A stretch of 64,000 nucleotides of DNA, taken from contig CABQQA010000001.1 of NCBI GenBank assembly GCA_902466075.1, forward strand, positions 365,403-429,402. Reading direction: 5' to 3'. Every line of letters begins with the position of its first letter. Position 1 is the first letter of the stretch. Under the pieces are notes generated by a model. The model did no database searches, had not been told where the DNA came from, and saw only the letters and a program-made list of their open reading frames with translations. Positions 36,602 to 47,270 of this stretch are shown piece after piece. Origin of the DNA: an uncultured Collinsella sp. GTDB taxonomy: Bacteria; Actinomycetota; Coriobacteriia; Coriobacteriales; Coriobacteriaceae. Made by a program: the position numbers and the translations under genes.

Positions 36602-39600
36602 TTAGGCGAAGTAGGCTACGCCGCTCTCAAAGATCGGCATGAACTTGTCGCCGGGGACATGCTCGGGCACGTTGCGGTACAGGTTGTCGCCGCGACGCTC
36701 GGCATGGCCCATCTTGCCCAGGACGCGGCCGTCGGGGCTCGTGATGCCCTCGATGGCGAGTGCGGAGCCGTTGGGGTTGACGGAAAGGTCCATGCTGGGC
36801 TTGCCGTCCTCGCCCACGTACTGCGTGGCGACCTGGCCGTTGGCGATCAGCTGGGCGAGCACCTCGTCGTTGGCGACAAAGCGGCCCTCGCCGTGGCTGA
36901 TGGCGACGGTGTGGGGGTCGTCGAGGCTGCACTGCGACAGCCACGGGGACAGGTTGGACGAGATGCGGGTGCGCACCAGGCGGCTCTGATGGCGACCGAT
37001 GGTGTTGAACGTCAGCGTGGGCGCATCGGGCGTGGCGTCGACGATGTCGCCGTAGGGTACCAGGCCGAGCTTGATCAGGGCCTGGAAGCCGTTGCAGATG
37101 CCCAGCATCAGGCCGTCGCGGGCCTTGAGCAGGTCGCGAACTGCCTCGGTGACCTCGGGAGCGCGGAAGAACGCCGTGATGAACTTGGCGGAGCCGTCGG
37201 GCTCGTCACCGCCCGAGAAGCCGCCGGGGATCATGACGATCTGGCTTTGGCGGATGCGACGGGCAAGCTCGTGGGTGCTCTCGGCGACGGCCTCGGGCGT
37301 GAGGTTGTTGATCACGAAGGTGTCGGCCTCGGCACCGGCGGCGCGGAAGGCGCGGGCGCTGTCGTACTCGCAGTTGTTGCCGGGGAACACCGGGATAATC
37401 ACGCGCGGGCGGGCGATCTTGGCGCCGCCGTACACGTGGATATCCTTGGCGCGGAAGTCGATGGTCTCGACCTCGGGTTGCTCGCCGGTGCTGCGGTAGG
37501 CAAAGACGCCCTCGATGCCGCTCTCCCAGGCTTCCTGGAGCTCGGAGAGATCGATGACCTCGGAGCCGGTGTCGATGACATAGCCCTCGACGGTGGTGCC
37601 CAAGGGCTCGACGACAACGCCGTCGGCGACCTCGGGCAGCTCGGCATCCTCGGCGAGCTCGACGATAAAGCTGCCGTAGAGCGGGGTGAAGAGGCTCTCC
37701 ACATCCACATCCTCGGCAAGCTCGATGCCGATCTGGTTGCCGACGCACATCTTAAAAAGGCTCTCGGCGCCGCAGCCGTAGCCGGGCGTGGAGACGGCCA
37801 GGGCATCGCCGGTAGCGGTGAGCGCCTCGACGGCGTCAAACGCGGCGAGCAGCTGCTGGGCATCGGGGCGGTAGTCCTCGCCATAGGTGGCGGGGGCGAT
37901 GCGGACGACGCGGTGCGTCAGGCCCTTGAACTCGGGCGAGGTGGCACGGGCTGCGCGGCCTACGGCCACGGCGAAGCTGATGAGGGTCGGCGGAACGTTG
38001 AGCTCTCCGGCCTCGTCCTCAAACGAGCCGCTCATGGAGTCCTTGCCGCCGATGGCGCCGGCGCCCAGGTCGACCTGGGCCATAAGGGCACCCAGAACGG
38101 CTGCCATGGGCTTGCCCCAACGCTCGGCCTCGGTACGCAGGCGCTCGAAGTACTCCTGGAAGGAGAGGTAGGCGCGCTTGTGTTCAAAGCCGGCGGCGAC
38201 GAGCTTGGCGATGGACTCGACTACGGACAGGTAGGCGCCCGCAAACTGGTCTGCCTCCATCAGGTAGGGGTTGAAGCCCCATGCCATGGCGCTCGCCGTG
38301 GTGGTCTCGCCGTCCACGGGGAACTTGGCGACCATGGCAGAGCTCGGGGTGAGCTGCGTCTTGCCGCCAAAGGGCATGAGCACGGTGGCGGCGCCGATGG
38401 TGGAGTCGAAGCGCTCGGAAAGGCCCTTGTTGGAGGCGACGTTAAGATCGGTGACGAGCGAGGTCATGCGCTCGGCAAGCGTGGTGCCGGCCCAGCTGGG
38501 CTGCCACACGCTGCGGGCGCAGACGTGGGCGACCTGGTGCTTGGGCGCGCCGTTGGAGTTGAGGAACTCGCGGGACAGGTCGACGATGGCCACACCATTC
38601 CAGGCCATGCGCATGCGCGGCTCGGCGGTAACCTCGGCGATTACGGTCGCCTCCAGGTTCTCCTCGGCGGCGTAGCCCATGAACTCCTCGACGTCACCGT
38701 CGGCGACGGCGCAGGCCATACGCTCCTGGGACTCGGAGATGGCGAGCTCGGTGCCGTCTAGGCCGTCGTACTTCTTGGTCACGGTGTCCAGGTCCACGTA
38801 CAGGCCGTCGGCAAGCTCGCCCACGGCGACCGAGACGCCGCCGGCGCCAAAGTCATTGCAGCGCTTGATCAGGCGGCAGGCGTCGCCGCGGCGGAAGAGG
38901 CGCTGCAGCTTGCGCTCGACCGGGGCATTGCCCTTCTGGACCTCGGCGCCCGAGGTCTCGATGGACTCGGTGTTCTGGGTCTTGGAGGAGCCGGTGGCGC
39001 CGCCGATGCCGTCACGGCCGGTGCGGCCGCCCAGCAGAATGATCTTGTCGGTGGGGGCGGGGCACTCGCGGCGCACGTGGTTTGCCGGGGTAGCGCCCAC
39101 GACCGCGCCAACCTCCATGCGCTTGGCCACGTAACCGGGGTGATAGAGCTCGTTGACTTGACCGGTGGCAAGGCCGATCTGGTTGCCGTAGCTGGAGTAG
39201 CCGGCAGCGGCGGTGGTCACGAGCTTGCGCTGCGGCAGCTTGCCCTCGAGCGTCTCGGACACGGGGACGGTGGGGTCGCCGGCACCGGTGACGCGCATGG
39301 CCTGATACACATAGCTGCGGCCCGAGAGCGGGTCGCGGATAGCGCCGCCCACGCAGGTGGCGGCACCGCCGAAGGGCTCGATCTCGGTCGGGTGGTTGTG
39401 GGTCTCGTTCTTAAAGAGGAACAGCCAGTCCTGGTCCTCGCCATCGACATCGACCTTCACCTTGACGGTACAGGCGTTGATCTCCTCGGACTCATCGACA
39501 TCGGTCATGACGCCGGTCTTCTTAAGGTACTTGGCGCCGATGGTGCCCATGTCCATGAGGCAGACGGGCTTGGCGTCGCGACCGAGTTCGTGGCGCATCT

Positions 39601-40348
39601 CCATGTAGCGGTCGAAGGCCTGCTGCACCACGGCGTCATCGATCGTCACATCATCCAGGACGGTGCCGAAGGTGGTGTGGCGGCAGTGGTCGGACCAATA
39701 GGTGTCGATTACGCGGATCTCGGTGATGGTGGGGTCGCGATCTTCATCGCGGAAGTACTGCTGGCAGAAGGCGATGTCCGCCTCGTCCATGGCAAGACCG
39801 CGCTCGGAGATAAAGGCGGCAAGGCCGGCCTCGTCGAGCTCGCGGAAGCCGTCAAGCACCTCGACAGGCGCAGGCTCTGGGGTCTCCATGTGCAGCGTCT
39901 CGGGTAGGTCGAGCGAGGCGATGCGCGCCTCGACGGGGTTCACCACGTAGTGCTTGATGGCATCGATGGCGGCCTCGTCCAGGGCGCCCGAGATCATATA
40001 GACCTTGGCGGAGCGCACGGCGGGGCGCTCGCCCTGGCTGATGAGCTGCACGCACTCGCTGGCGGAGTCGGCGCGCTGGTCAAACTGGCCAGGCAGGAAT
40101 TCGACGGCAAAGACGACGCCATCGCTTGCGGGGAGCTCGTCGTAGGTCACATCGACCTGGGGCTCGCTAAAGACGGTCGGCACGCAGGAGCGGAACAGCT
40201 CCTCATCGATGCCCTCGACGTCGTAGCGGTTGATGATCCTCAGGGCCTCGATGCCCTTGATGCCGAGAATCTCGGTCAGCTCGCCCTTGAGCTGCTGAGC
40301 CTCGACGTCGAACCCGGGTTTCTTCTCCACGTAGATACGAGAGACCAT
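36602..40348 (-). CDS. purL: phosphoribosylformylglycinamidine (FGAM) synthase, large single-chain form
   Basis: 1248 aa. N-terminal domain, two AIR-synthase-related repeats and a C-terminal triad glutaminase (GICNGFQALIKLGL). The internal ATG at 40348 has an AGGAAGG RBS. Confidence 0.9.
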   Translation of the reverse strand: MVSRIYVEKKPGFDVEAQQLKGELTEILGIKGIEALRIINRYDVEGIDEELFRSCVPTVFSEPQVDVTYDELPASDGVVFAVEFLPGQFDQRADSASECVQLISQGERPAVRSAKVYMISGALDEAAIDAIKHYVVNPVEARIASLDLPETLHMETPEPAPVEVLDGFRELDEAGLAAFISERGLAMDEADIAFCQQYFRDEDRDPTITEIRVIDTYWSDHCRHTTFGTVLDDVTIDDAVVQQAFDRYMEMRHELGRDAKPVCLMDMGTIGAKYLKKTGVMTDVDESEEINACTVKVKVDVDGEDQDWLFLFKNETHNHPTEIEPFGGAATCVGGAIRDPLSGRSYVYQAMRVTGAGDPTVPVSETLEGKLPQRKLVTTAAAGYSSYGNQIGLATGQVNELYHPGYVAKRMEVGAVVGATPANHVRRECPAPTDKIILLGGRTGRDGIGGATGSSKTQNTESIETSGAEVQKGNAPVERKLQRLFRRGDACRLIKRCNDFGAGGVSVAVGELADGLYVDLDTVTKKYDGLDGTELAISESQERMACAVADGDVEEFMGYAAEENLEATVIAEVTAEPRMRMAWNGVAIVDLSREFLNSNGAPKHQVAHVCARSVWQPSWAGTTLAERMTSLVTDLNVASNKGLSERFDSTIGAATVLMPFGGKTQLTPSSAMVAKFPVDGETTTASAMAWGFNPYLMEADQFAGAYLSVVESIAKLVAAGFEHKRAYLSFQEYFERLRTEAERWGKPMAAVLGALMAQVDLGAGAIGGKDSMSGSFEDEAGELNVPPTLISFAVAVGRAARATSPEFKGLTHRVVRIAPATYGEDYRPDAQQLLAAFDAVEALTATGDALAVSTPGYGCGAESLFKMCVGNQIGIELAEDVDVESLFTPLYGSFIVELAEDAELPEVADGVVVEPLGTTVEGYVIDTGSEVIDLSELQEAWESGIEGVFAYRSTGEQPEVETIDFRAKDIHVYGGAKIARPRVIIPVFPGNNCEYDSARAFRAAGAEADTFVINNLTPEAVAESTHELARRIRQSQIVMIPGGFSGGDEPDGSAKFITAFFRAPEVTEAVRDLLKARDGLMLGICNGFQALIKLGLVPYGDIVDATPDAPTLTFNTIGRHQSRLVRTRISSNLSPWLSQCSLDDPHTVAISHGEGRFVANDEVLAQLIANGQVATQYVGEDGKPSMDLSVNPNGSALAIEGITSPDGRVLGKMGHAERRGDNLYRNVPEHVPGDKFMPIFESGVAYFA

Positions 40349-40532
40349 TGGTTCCTGCCTTCCTGATCGGTTGGGCGTACGGTGCGGTATGCGGCAGCGG
40401 TCGGTTTGCGGGGCAAGCCTCGCGGTCGCCTTGAGCCACATACTTTTAAACCTCACTATGATACGACAGCTCGTGGCGCGTTGAGGACGGCGAGGGTGCT
40501 ACAGTGGAGCGCAAACAAGAGAAAGGCATCAC

Positions 40533-42095
40533 ATGGCATTTGTTTCGCTCGCCATCATCGCACTCGTGGCCTTTGCAAGCCCCTTCATCGCCTCGGCGAT
40601 TCCCGGAAAACCCGTTCCCGAGACGGTCTTTTTGCTCGTGTTTGGCGCGGTGCTGGGACCTCATATGCTCGGCATTATCCATGTGGATGCCGAGGTCTCG
40701 CTCGTGTCCGAGCTCGGCCTGGCCTTTTTGTTCCTGCTTGCCGGCTTTGAGATCGATCCCAAGAACATCACGGGCATCGAGGGGCGTTACGGCATGGCGA
40801 CGTGGGTCGTTACGTTTGGCATCGCCTGGCTTGCCGTGCGCTTTACCCCGTGGTTTTCGGTCAGTCATTTTGATGGCATCGCCGTGACGCTGGCGTTGAC
40901 CTCGACGGCGCTTGGGGCGCTCATGCCCATCTTGCGCGAGCGGTCGCTTGCTGGGACGCGCGTCGGCGATTCGATTCTTGCCTATGGTACGTGGGGCGAG
41001 CTCGGGCCCGTGCTCGCCATGTCGGTGCTGCTGTCTGCCCGTACGGGTGTCGAGACGCTGTTGATCTTGGGGCTGTTCGCCGTGGTGTGCGTGCTGCTTG
41101 CCGTGGTCCCCAGTCGCTCCAAGCGTATTGGCAGCCGCTTCTTTGCCTTTATTCAGGAGCGCGCCGATACGACTTCTCAGACGTTCGTGCGCCTCACAGT
41201 GCTCATCCTGGTCACGCTCGTGGCGTTTTCCGCCATTTTTAGCCTCGATATCGTGTTGGGCGCTTTTGCCGCGGGCTTTGTCCTGCGCTATATCATCCCC
41301 GAGGGCAACCATACGCTCGAGCTTAAACTCGATGGCCTTGCCTATGGCTTTTTGATCCCGGTGTTCTTTACCGTGTCGGGTGCCAAGATCGACCTGACTG
41401 CTGTAGCATCGCGCCCCGGCTTGCTCGTGGGCTTTATCGTGGCGTTGCTGGTTATCCGCGCCGTGCCCATTCTTATTTCCATGAGCATTTGTCCTGCGAC
41501 GCGCGATGTGTCGGCGTATGGCCGCATTACCGTGGCCCTGTACTGCACCACGGCGCTGCCGATTATCGTCGCCGTGACGAGCGTCGCTGTCAACGCCGGC
41601 GCATTATCACAGGGCGTCGCTTCGGTTATGGTGGCGGCCGGCGCCATCACGGTGTTCCTGATGCCACTGCTCGCGCAGCTCTTCTACCGCGTGGTCGATG
41701 CCGCGCCGGTTGCCGCCGTGGCAGAGGTTGCCGAGCATCCATCCGATGCGCTCGACATCCTGCGCGCCCACCACGACCTAGCGAGCCTGCTCGCACGCGA
41801 GCACGAGCTGCTGACATCGCATGGCCATGGTCGCGTATTCGAGGGCCTGCCTACGCTCGATACGATTGCCGAGCGTCTTTCCGCCGAGGCAGCGAGCGGC
41901 CACATCGATGCCCGCATCGTGGACGCGGCGCATCTTCTTGCCGATAAGACCTATGGTGATGAGGTTGACCCGTCCGAGCTGACTCCGCGCGAGCGTCGCC
42001 GCCTGGAGCGCGCCAAGCTCGCCGTGCATGAGTATCGCCGTCGCATGCTGGAGCTTTATGCGCATGAAGAAGCCGACGAGGACGACGGCAAATAG
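40533..42095 (+). CDS. cation:proton antiporter (CPA family, Na+/H+ exchanger-like)
   Basis: About 12 TM. The LFLLAGFEID motif is typical of Na+/H+ exchanger cores. Soluble C-terminal tail. Confidence 0.75.
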   Translation: MAFVSLAIIALVAFASPFIASAIPGKPVPETVFLLVFGAVLGPHMLGIIHVDAEVSLVSELGLAFLFLLAGFEIDPKNITGIEGRYGMATWVVTFGIAWLAVRFTPWFSVSHFDGIAVTLALTSTALGALMPILRERSLAGTRVGDSILAYGTWGELGPVLAMSVLLSARTGVETLLILGLFAVVCVLLAVVPSRSKRIGSRFFAFIQERADTTSQTFVRLTVLILVTLVAFSAIFSLDIVLGAFAAGFVLRYIIPEGNHTLELKLDGLAYGFLIPVFFTVSGAKIDLTAVASRPGLLVGFIVALLVIRAVPILISMSICPATRDVSAYGRITVALYCTTALPIIVAVTSVAVNAGALSQGVASVMVAAGAITVFLMPLLAQLFYRVVDAAPVAAVAEVAEHPSDALDILRAHHDLASLLAREHELLTSHGHGRVFEGLPTLDTIAERLSAEAASGHIDARIVDAAHLLADKTYGDEVDPSELTPRERRRLERAKLAVHEYRRRMLELYAHEEADEDDGK

Positions 42096-42175
42096 CCGAC
42101 GCTGGTGCGGAGGTGACATTCCCGTTTGAGGACGGACGCGAAACGGGACGCAGTTTCCCTTCAAACAGAAGAAGA

Positions 42176-42215
42176 CGCGCTGCCCGCAGTTGATGCGGGC
42201 AGCGCGCCTTTTTTG
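42176..42215 (+). terminator. rho-independent terminator
   Basis: GCGCGCTGCCCGC-agttgat-GCGGGCAGCGCGC followed by CTTTTTTGG. Confidence 0.7.
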
Positions 42216-42256
42216 GTTGAGCTATGTTGGGGCCAGGGGCCAAAGCTTGTGGCCTC

Positions 42257-43006
42257 TTAGGAGCGGGCGGCTCCGTCGACGGGGAGCACGGCACCCGTAA
42301 CATAGGAGGACATGTCGCTCGCCAAGAAAACAAAGGCGTTGGCGACATCCTCGGGCTCGCCCATGCGACCCAGCGGAATGGTGGCGATGATGGGCTTGAT
42401 GACCTCTTCGGGCAGGTTGGCGACCATATCGGTCTTGGTTACGCCAGGTGCGACGGCGTTGACGCGAATGCCCATGGGGGCGAGCTCGCGCGAGAGCGAC
42501 TGGACCATGCCGTTGACGGCGAACTTGGACGTGGGATAGCCGACGCCGGAGGGCTGACCGTACTTGGCGACCATCGAGCTCGTGGTGGTGATGGTGCCGC
42601 CGTGGCCGGCCTCGGTCATGATCTTGGCGGCAGCCTGGTGGCCATTAAAGACGGCGACGACGTTGAGGTCCATGACCTTTGCAAACTCCTCGGCCGTGTA
42701 GTCCAAAAGGGGCGAGCGCTGGGAGATGCCGGCATTGTTGACGACCGTGTCCAGGCCGCCCATATCGGTGGCAGCTTGGGTAAAGGCCTCGGTTACGGCC
42801 TCGAGCGAGGTGAGGTCGCAGGAGCGGCCCCAGACCTTGGCCTCGGGATAGGCGGCCGCCAGCTTCTCAACGGCTGCGTCGGCAGTTTCCTGGCGCGAGC
42901 CAAAGACGGTGACGGCGGCGCCCTCCTCGATAAAACGGCAGGCGATGGCATAGCCGATACCGCGCGTGCCTCCGGTGATGATTGCTTTCTTGCCCTCGAG
43001 CAACAT
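42257..43006 (-). CDS. SDR-family oxidoreductase (FabG-like)
   Basis: TGGTRGIG, NNAG and the Y...K catalytic pair. The internal ATG at 43006 has a GAGAGGAAG RBS. The ORF opens at 43078. Confidence 0.8.
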   Translation of the reverse strand: MLLEGKKAIITGGTRGIGYAIACRFIEEGAAVTVFGSRQETADAAVEKLAAAYPEAKVWGRSCDLTSLEAVTEAFTQAATDMGGLDTVVNNAGISQRSPLLDYTAEEFAKVMDLNVVAVFNGHQAAAKIMTEAGHGGTITTTSSMVAKYGQPSGVGYPTSKFAVNGMVQSLSRELAPMGIRVNAVAPGVTKTDMVANLPEEVIKPIIATIPLGRMGEPEDVANAFVFLASDMSSYVTGAVLPVDGAARS

Positions 43007-43151
43007 AGTGCTTCCTCTCATCGCGGGCGGACATTCGCAGCACAGCGTAGCGGTAGCCGGAATCGGCCGCGTTTGCATATCGGTGAACGGTAGCCCGCGT
43101 TACCGATGAACGGCTCGTGCAAATGCCGCTTTGCCGCTGTGCTTAGAAGCC

Positions 43152-43191
43152 GGATAGAAAAGGGCTCCCGTCCCACATAGGACGGGAGCCC
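43152..43191 (-). terminator. rho-independent terminator downstream of hom
   Basis: GGGCTCCCGTCC-cacatag-GGACGGGAGCCC with a minus-strand T-tract (plus-strand GGATAGAAAA). Confidence 0.6.
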
Positions 43192-43223
43192 CCCGAGGCG
43201 CGTATTGTTAAGCGGGTGTTGGA

Positions 43224-44567
43224 CTAGTTGGCCATAACGCCTTCGGTCCAGGCCTCGACGTCCTCGATACGCAGGACGTTGGCGACCTCGGCCACGCAGT
43301 CGACGCTGGCAAGCTCGGCGGCGGCAGCCTGGACGTCCTTCTCGAGCGCGCGGTGCGTCAGGAAGATGACCGAGCAGGCATCGCTGACGCCCGACTTGCC
43401 GTCCTCGACCTGGTTGATGAGCGAGATCGAGATGTTGTGCTTGGCAAAGATGTCGACCGTCTCGGACAGGGCGCCCACGCGGTCGGCGACCTTCAGGCGC
43501 ACATAGTACTTGGTCTGGAGCTCGTCCATGGGCTTAAAGGCGAGGTTGTGGCCATAGGGCTCAATCTCGGGCAGCGGAGCCACGCCGCGGCTGATCTGCT
43601 CGGAGAGCGACAGGATATCGCCCACGACGGCGCTCGCGGTGGGGAAGGAGCCTGCGCCGGCACCGTAGAACATGGTCTCGCCCACGGCGTCGCCTACCAC
43701 GTAGACAGCGTTCATGGCGCCGTTGACCTTGGCAAGCATGTGGTCGGCGGGGATCAGCGTGGGATGCACGCGGACGTCGACGCCGGCGTCGGTGTTGCGG
43801 GCGATGCCCAGCAGCTTAATGGTGTAGCCGAGCTCGCGGGCCTGAGTGATGTCCTCGGCGCCGATGGTGCGGATACCCTGCTGGTACACATCGTCGGTGG
43901 TCACGCGGGTGCCAAAGCCGATGGAGGCAAGGATGGCCGTCTTGCTGGCGGCGTCGAAGCCGTCGACGTCTGCGGACGGGTCGGCCTCGGCATAGCCCTT
44001 GGCCTGCGCGTCGGCAAGCACGTCGGCGTAATCGGCGCCCTCGGCGTCCATGCGCGACAGGATATAGTTGGTGGTACCGTTGAGAATGCCGGCGATGGTC
44101 AGGATCTTGTTGCCCACTAGGTCGTGCTCGAGCGTGCTGACAATGGGGATGCCACCGCCGCAGCTGGCCTCGCACTTAATCTGCACGCCGCACGCGCGCG
44201 CCTTTTCGGCGAGCGTCTCGACGTGACGGCCCAGCAGGGCCTTGTTGGCAGAGACGACGTGCTTGCCGTTCTCGAAGGCGGTGGTGAAGATCTCGGTTGC
44301 GGGATGCTCGCCGCCGATCAGCTCGACGACGATGTCGACGGCGGGGTCGGTGACGACGTCGTGCCAGTCACTCGTGAAGGCCTCGCGCTCAATGCCTGCC
44401 GCCTCGGCCTGCTCCCAGGCAAGCGCGCAGGCGCGGGTCAGCTTAAGGTCGATGCCGTAGGCTGCCAGGTACTCATCGTGGTGGCTCTTGATCAGACGGG
44501 CCACGCCGCCGCCGACGGTTCCCAGGCCGATCAGACCGACGTTCACGGTGCGCAGGGGTTCGCTCAT
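43224..44567 (-). CDS. hom: homoserine dehydrogenase with C-terminal ACT domain
   Basis: VGLIGLGTVGGGV NAD site, catalytic domain and an ACT-like C-terminus. GAAGGAGC RBS before the ATG at 44567. Confidence 0.85.
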   Translation of the reverse strand: MSEPLRTVNVGLIGLGTVGGGVARLIKSHHDEYLAAYGIDLKLTRACALAWEQAEAAGIEREAFTSDWHDVVTDPAVDIVVELIGGEHPATEIFTTAFENGKHVVSANKALLGRHVETLAEKARACGVQIKCEASCGGGIPIVSTLEHDLVGNKILTIAGILNGTTNYILSRMDAEGADYADVLADAQAKGYAEADPSADVDGFDAASKTAILASIGFGTRVTTDDVYQQGIRTIGAEDITQARELGYTIKLLGIARNTDAGVDVRVHPTLIPADHMLAKVNGAMNAVYVVGDAVGETMFYGAGAGSFPTASAVVGDILSLSEQISRGVAPLPEIEPYGHNLAFKPMDELQTKYYVRLKVADRVGALSETVDIFAKHNISISLINQVEDGKSGVSDACSVIFLTHRALEKDVQAAAAELASVDCVAEVANVLRIEDVEAWTEGVMAN

Positions 44568-45061
44568 AGATAGCTCCTTCGTGCATCTCATGGATGGATT
44601 AACCGCTTAAAGGTTGAGTGCATTCTAGCGTGAACAGAGGGCGCGTGCTCGCCAGGCAACAGGAGTCGCACAAAACGGCACCCCCGAAACGCTGCGGAAA
44701 CATTGGAAACATGCTCGCTACAAACGGAACTCCGTAACAAACTGTCAACGTTTGCACCATAAGGTTTGCCCTGTACCGCAAGACGGCCGCATCGCGGCTA
44801 GCGAAAAGGGGGACACCATGTTTATTAAGAGCGGGAACGCTTGTAACAGAATGGAAACATTACTTTTACACAATAAAGTGGCATTACTGCATAAAAAAAT
44901 AGAAATACGCAGAAATATAGATAAATGAACAAATCCAAAGAAAAGTTGAAATATTCGCCACTTTTCCTAACTAAAGCGTCTACTATTTTGCGAACGCCGA
45001 ACACGGCGAAGGATGGCCTGTCGGGTAACCGAAACCCGACGAGATTTGAGAGGAGAGCCGC

Positions 45062-46249
45062 ATGTCGAGCCTCACCGGTAAGTCATTGAACCCTGTTATG
45101 AATCGCAGGAGCGTTATCGCGAGCGCAGCAGGTCTGGGGGCGATGTCCATTCTAGCTGGCTGCTCCTCCAACGGCGGCGACAGCGGTTCCGCGTCGGGCG
45201 ACGCTTCGTTTAAGATCGGCACCATCGGCCCGCTGACCGGCGCCAACGCGTCCTACGGCAAGTCCGTTACACAGGCTGTCGAGCTTGGCTGCAAGGATTT
45301 CTCGACTAAGGAGCTGCCGCTTGTCAGCAAGGCCGAGGACGACCAGGCTGACGGTGAGAAGGCCGTCAACGCCTTCAACACCCTGCTCGACTGGGGCATG
45401 CAGGCCCTCGTCGGTCCGACCACCACGGGTGCGTCGGTCGCCGTTGCCGCCGAGTGCGGCAACGACCCCGAGACGTTCATGATCACCCCGTCTGCGTCCT
45501 CCGAGGACGTTACCAAGGGCAAGGATTGCGTCTTCCAGGTTTGCTTTACCGACCCCAACCAAGGTGTCAACGCTGCCAAGTTCCTGGCAGAGAAGTATGC
45601 GAACGAGAAGTTCGTGCTGTTCTATAACTCCGGCGACGCCTATTCTTCGGGCATCGCAGATTCCTTTAAGGCCCAGGCCGCTAAGTCTAAGCTTGAGATT
45701 GTCGACGAGGAGACCTTTAAGGACGACTCCGCCACGAGCTTTACCAACCAGCTGACCAAGGCCAAGCAGGCAGGCGCCACCATGATCTTTGCGCCGATCT
45801 ACTACACGCCGGCGTCCGTCCTGCTCAAGAACGCCAAGGACATGGGCTACGACGTCAAGATGATGGGCTGCGACGGCATGGACGGCATCCTGGGCGTTGA
45901 GGGCTTCGACACCTCTCTTGCCGAGGGTCTGCTGCTCATGACCCCGTTCTCCGCCGACGACGAGAAGAACGCCGACTTCGTCAACGCTTACAAGGATAAG
46001 TACGGCGATACCCCCGACCAGTTTGCCGCCGACGCCTACGACGGCGTGCATGCTGTGGTCGAGGCTCTCAAGGAGGCCGGCCTGGGCGTCGACGCCGACC
46101 CCACCGAGGTTGCCGAGAAGCTTCCCGAGGCTATGCTCAAGATTACCGTTGACGGTCTGACTGGCAAGCTCTCCTGGAACGACAAGGGTCAGGTCCAGAA
46201 GGACCCGACGGCGTACGTCATTACCGACGGCAAGTACGTACAGGCCTAA
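45062..46249 (+). CDS. branched-chain amino acid ABC transporter substrate-binding lipoprotein (LivJ/K-like)
   Basis: Lipobox LAGCSS, and a type I periplasmic-binding fold pattern. Confidence 0.8.
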   Translation: MSSLTGKSLNPVMNRRSVIASAAGLGAMSILAGCSSNGGDSGSASGDASFKIGTIGPLTGANASYGKSVTQAVELGCKDFSTKELPLVSKAEDDQADGEKAVNAFNTLLDWGMQALVGPTTTGASVAVAAECGNDPETFMITPSASSEDVTKGKDCVFQVCFTDPNQGVNAAKFLAEKYANEKFVLFYNSGDAYSSGIADSFKAQAAKSKLEIVDEETFKDDSATSFTNQLTKAKQAGATMIFAPIYYTPASVLLKNAKDMGYDVKMMGCDGMDGILGVEGFDTSLAEGLLLMTPFSADDEKNADFVNAYKDKYGDTPDQFAADAYDGVHAVVEALKEAGLGVDADPTEVAEKLPEAMLKITVDGLTGKLSWNDKGQVQKDPTAYVITDGKYVQA

Positions 46250-46379
46250 TAGGCCGCCTTATATAGAGCGGTTTTGATCCCAAGCAGGGGAGGTTTTGGC
46301 CTTCCCTGCTTGCTTGGTATCTAGGGACGATGTAACGTCCCTGTTTCATACATCAACTGGAAACCTATTCGAAAGGGGG

Positions 46380-47270
46380 ATGTGGAACATGACGGTCTTT
46401 ATCCAATACTTGGTCAACGGCCTGTCCATGGGCAGCGTCTACGCCATCATCGCGTTGGGCTACACCATGGTCTACGGTATCGCCAAGATGCTCAACTTCG
46501 CTCACGGCGACGTCATCATGGTCGGTGCCTATGTCTCGTTCTGCGCCACGTCGTATCTCGGCCTCCCGGGCTGGGCATCTGTAATTCTCTCTTGTGTGGT
46601 CTGCACGGTTCTCGGTGTTCTCATCGAGGGTCTGGCATACAAGCCGCTGCGCCAAGCAGGCCCTCTGGCCGTTCTGATCACGGCCATCGGCGTGTCTTAC
46701 TTCCTGCAGAACGCCGCGCAGCTTCTGTGGGGCGCCACGCCCAAGAACTTCACTTCGCTCGTCACCTTCCCGGTGCCGGAGTTCTTGGCCAAGTTCAACG
46801 TAAGCGCCGTTTCGCTCGTCACCATCGTCGCCTGCCTGGTTATCATGGCCGGTCTGATGTTCTTTACAGGTAAGACCAAGATGGGCAAGGCCATGCGCGC
46901 CGTGTCCGAGGACAAGTCCGCCGCTCAGCTCATGGGCATCAACGTCAACCGCACTATTTCGATGACCTTTGCCATCGGCTCCGCCCTTGCCGCCATCGCC
47001 GGCGTGCTCCTGTGCTCCTACTCGCCGGTCCTGCAGCCCACCACGGGCGCCATGCCTGGCATTAAGGCCTTCGACGCCGCCGTCTTCGGCGGCATCGGCT
47101 CCATCCCCGGTGCCTTTGTCGGTGGCATTCTCATCGGCATCATCGAAGCGATGGCGCAGGCTTACATTTCCACGAGCCTTGCCAACTCCATCGTCTTTGG
47201 TGTTTTGATCATCGTCCTGCTCGTCAAGCCTGCCGGCCTCTTGGGCAAGTACGTCCCCGAGAAGGTGTAG
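46380..47270 (+). CDS. livH: branched-chain amino acid ABC transporter permease
   Basis: LivH-like, 8-TM. GAAAGGGGGA RBS before the ATG at 46380. Confidence 0.8.
   Translation: MWNMTVFIQYLVNGLSMGSVYAIIALGYTMVYGIAKMLNFAHGDVIMVGAYVSFCATSYLGLPGWASVILSCVVCTVLGVLIEGLAYKPLRQAGPLAVLITAIGVSYFLQNAAQLLWGATPKNFTSLVTFPVPEFLAKFNVSAVSLVTIVACLVIMAGLMFFTGKTKMGKAMRAVSEDKSAAQLMGINVNRTISMTFAIGSALAAIAGVLLCSYSPVLQPTTGAMPGIKAFDAAVFGGIGSIPGAFVGGILIGIIEAMAQAYISTSLANSIVFGVLIIVLLVKPAGLLGKYVPEKV

Noticed and set aside
36371-38761. 796-aa plus-strand ORF antisense to purL
   Set aside because: Gly/Ala/Asp/Leu low-complexity translation inside the best-supported gene of the window.
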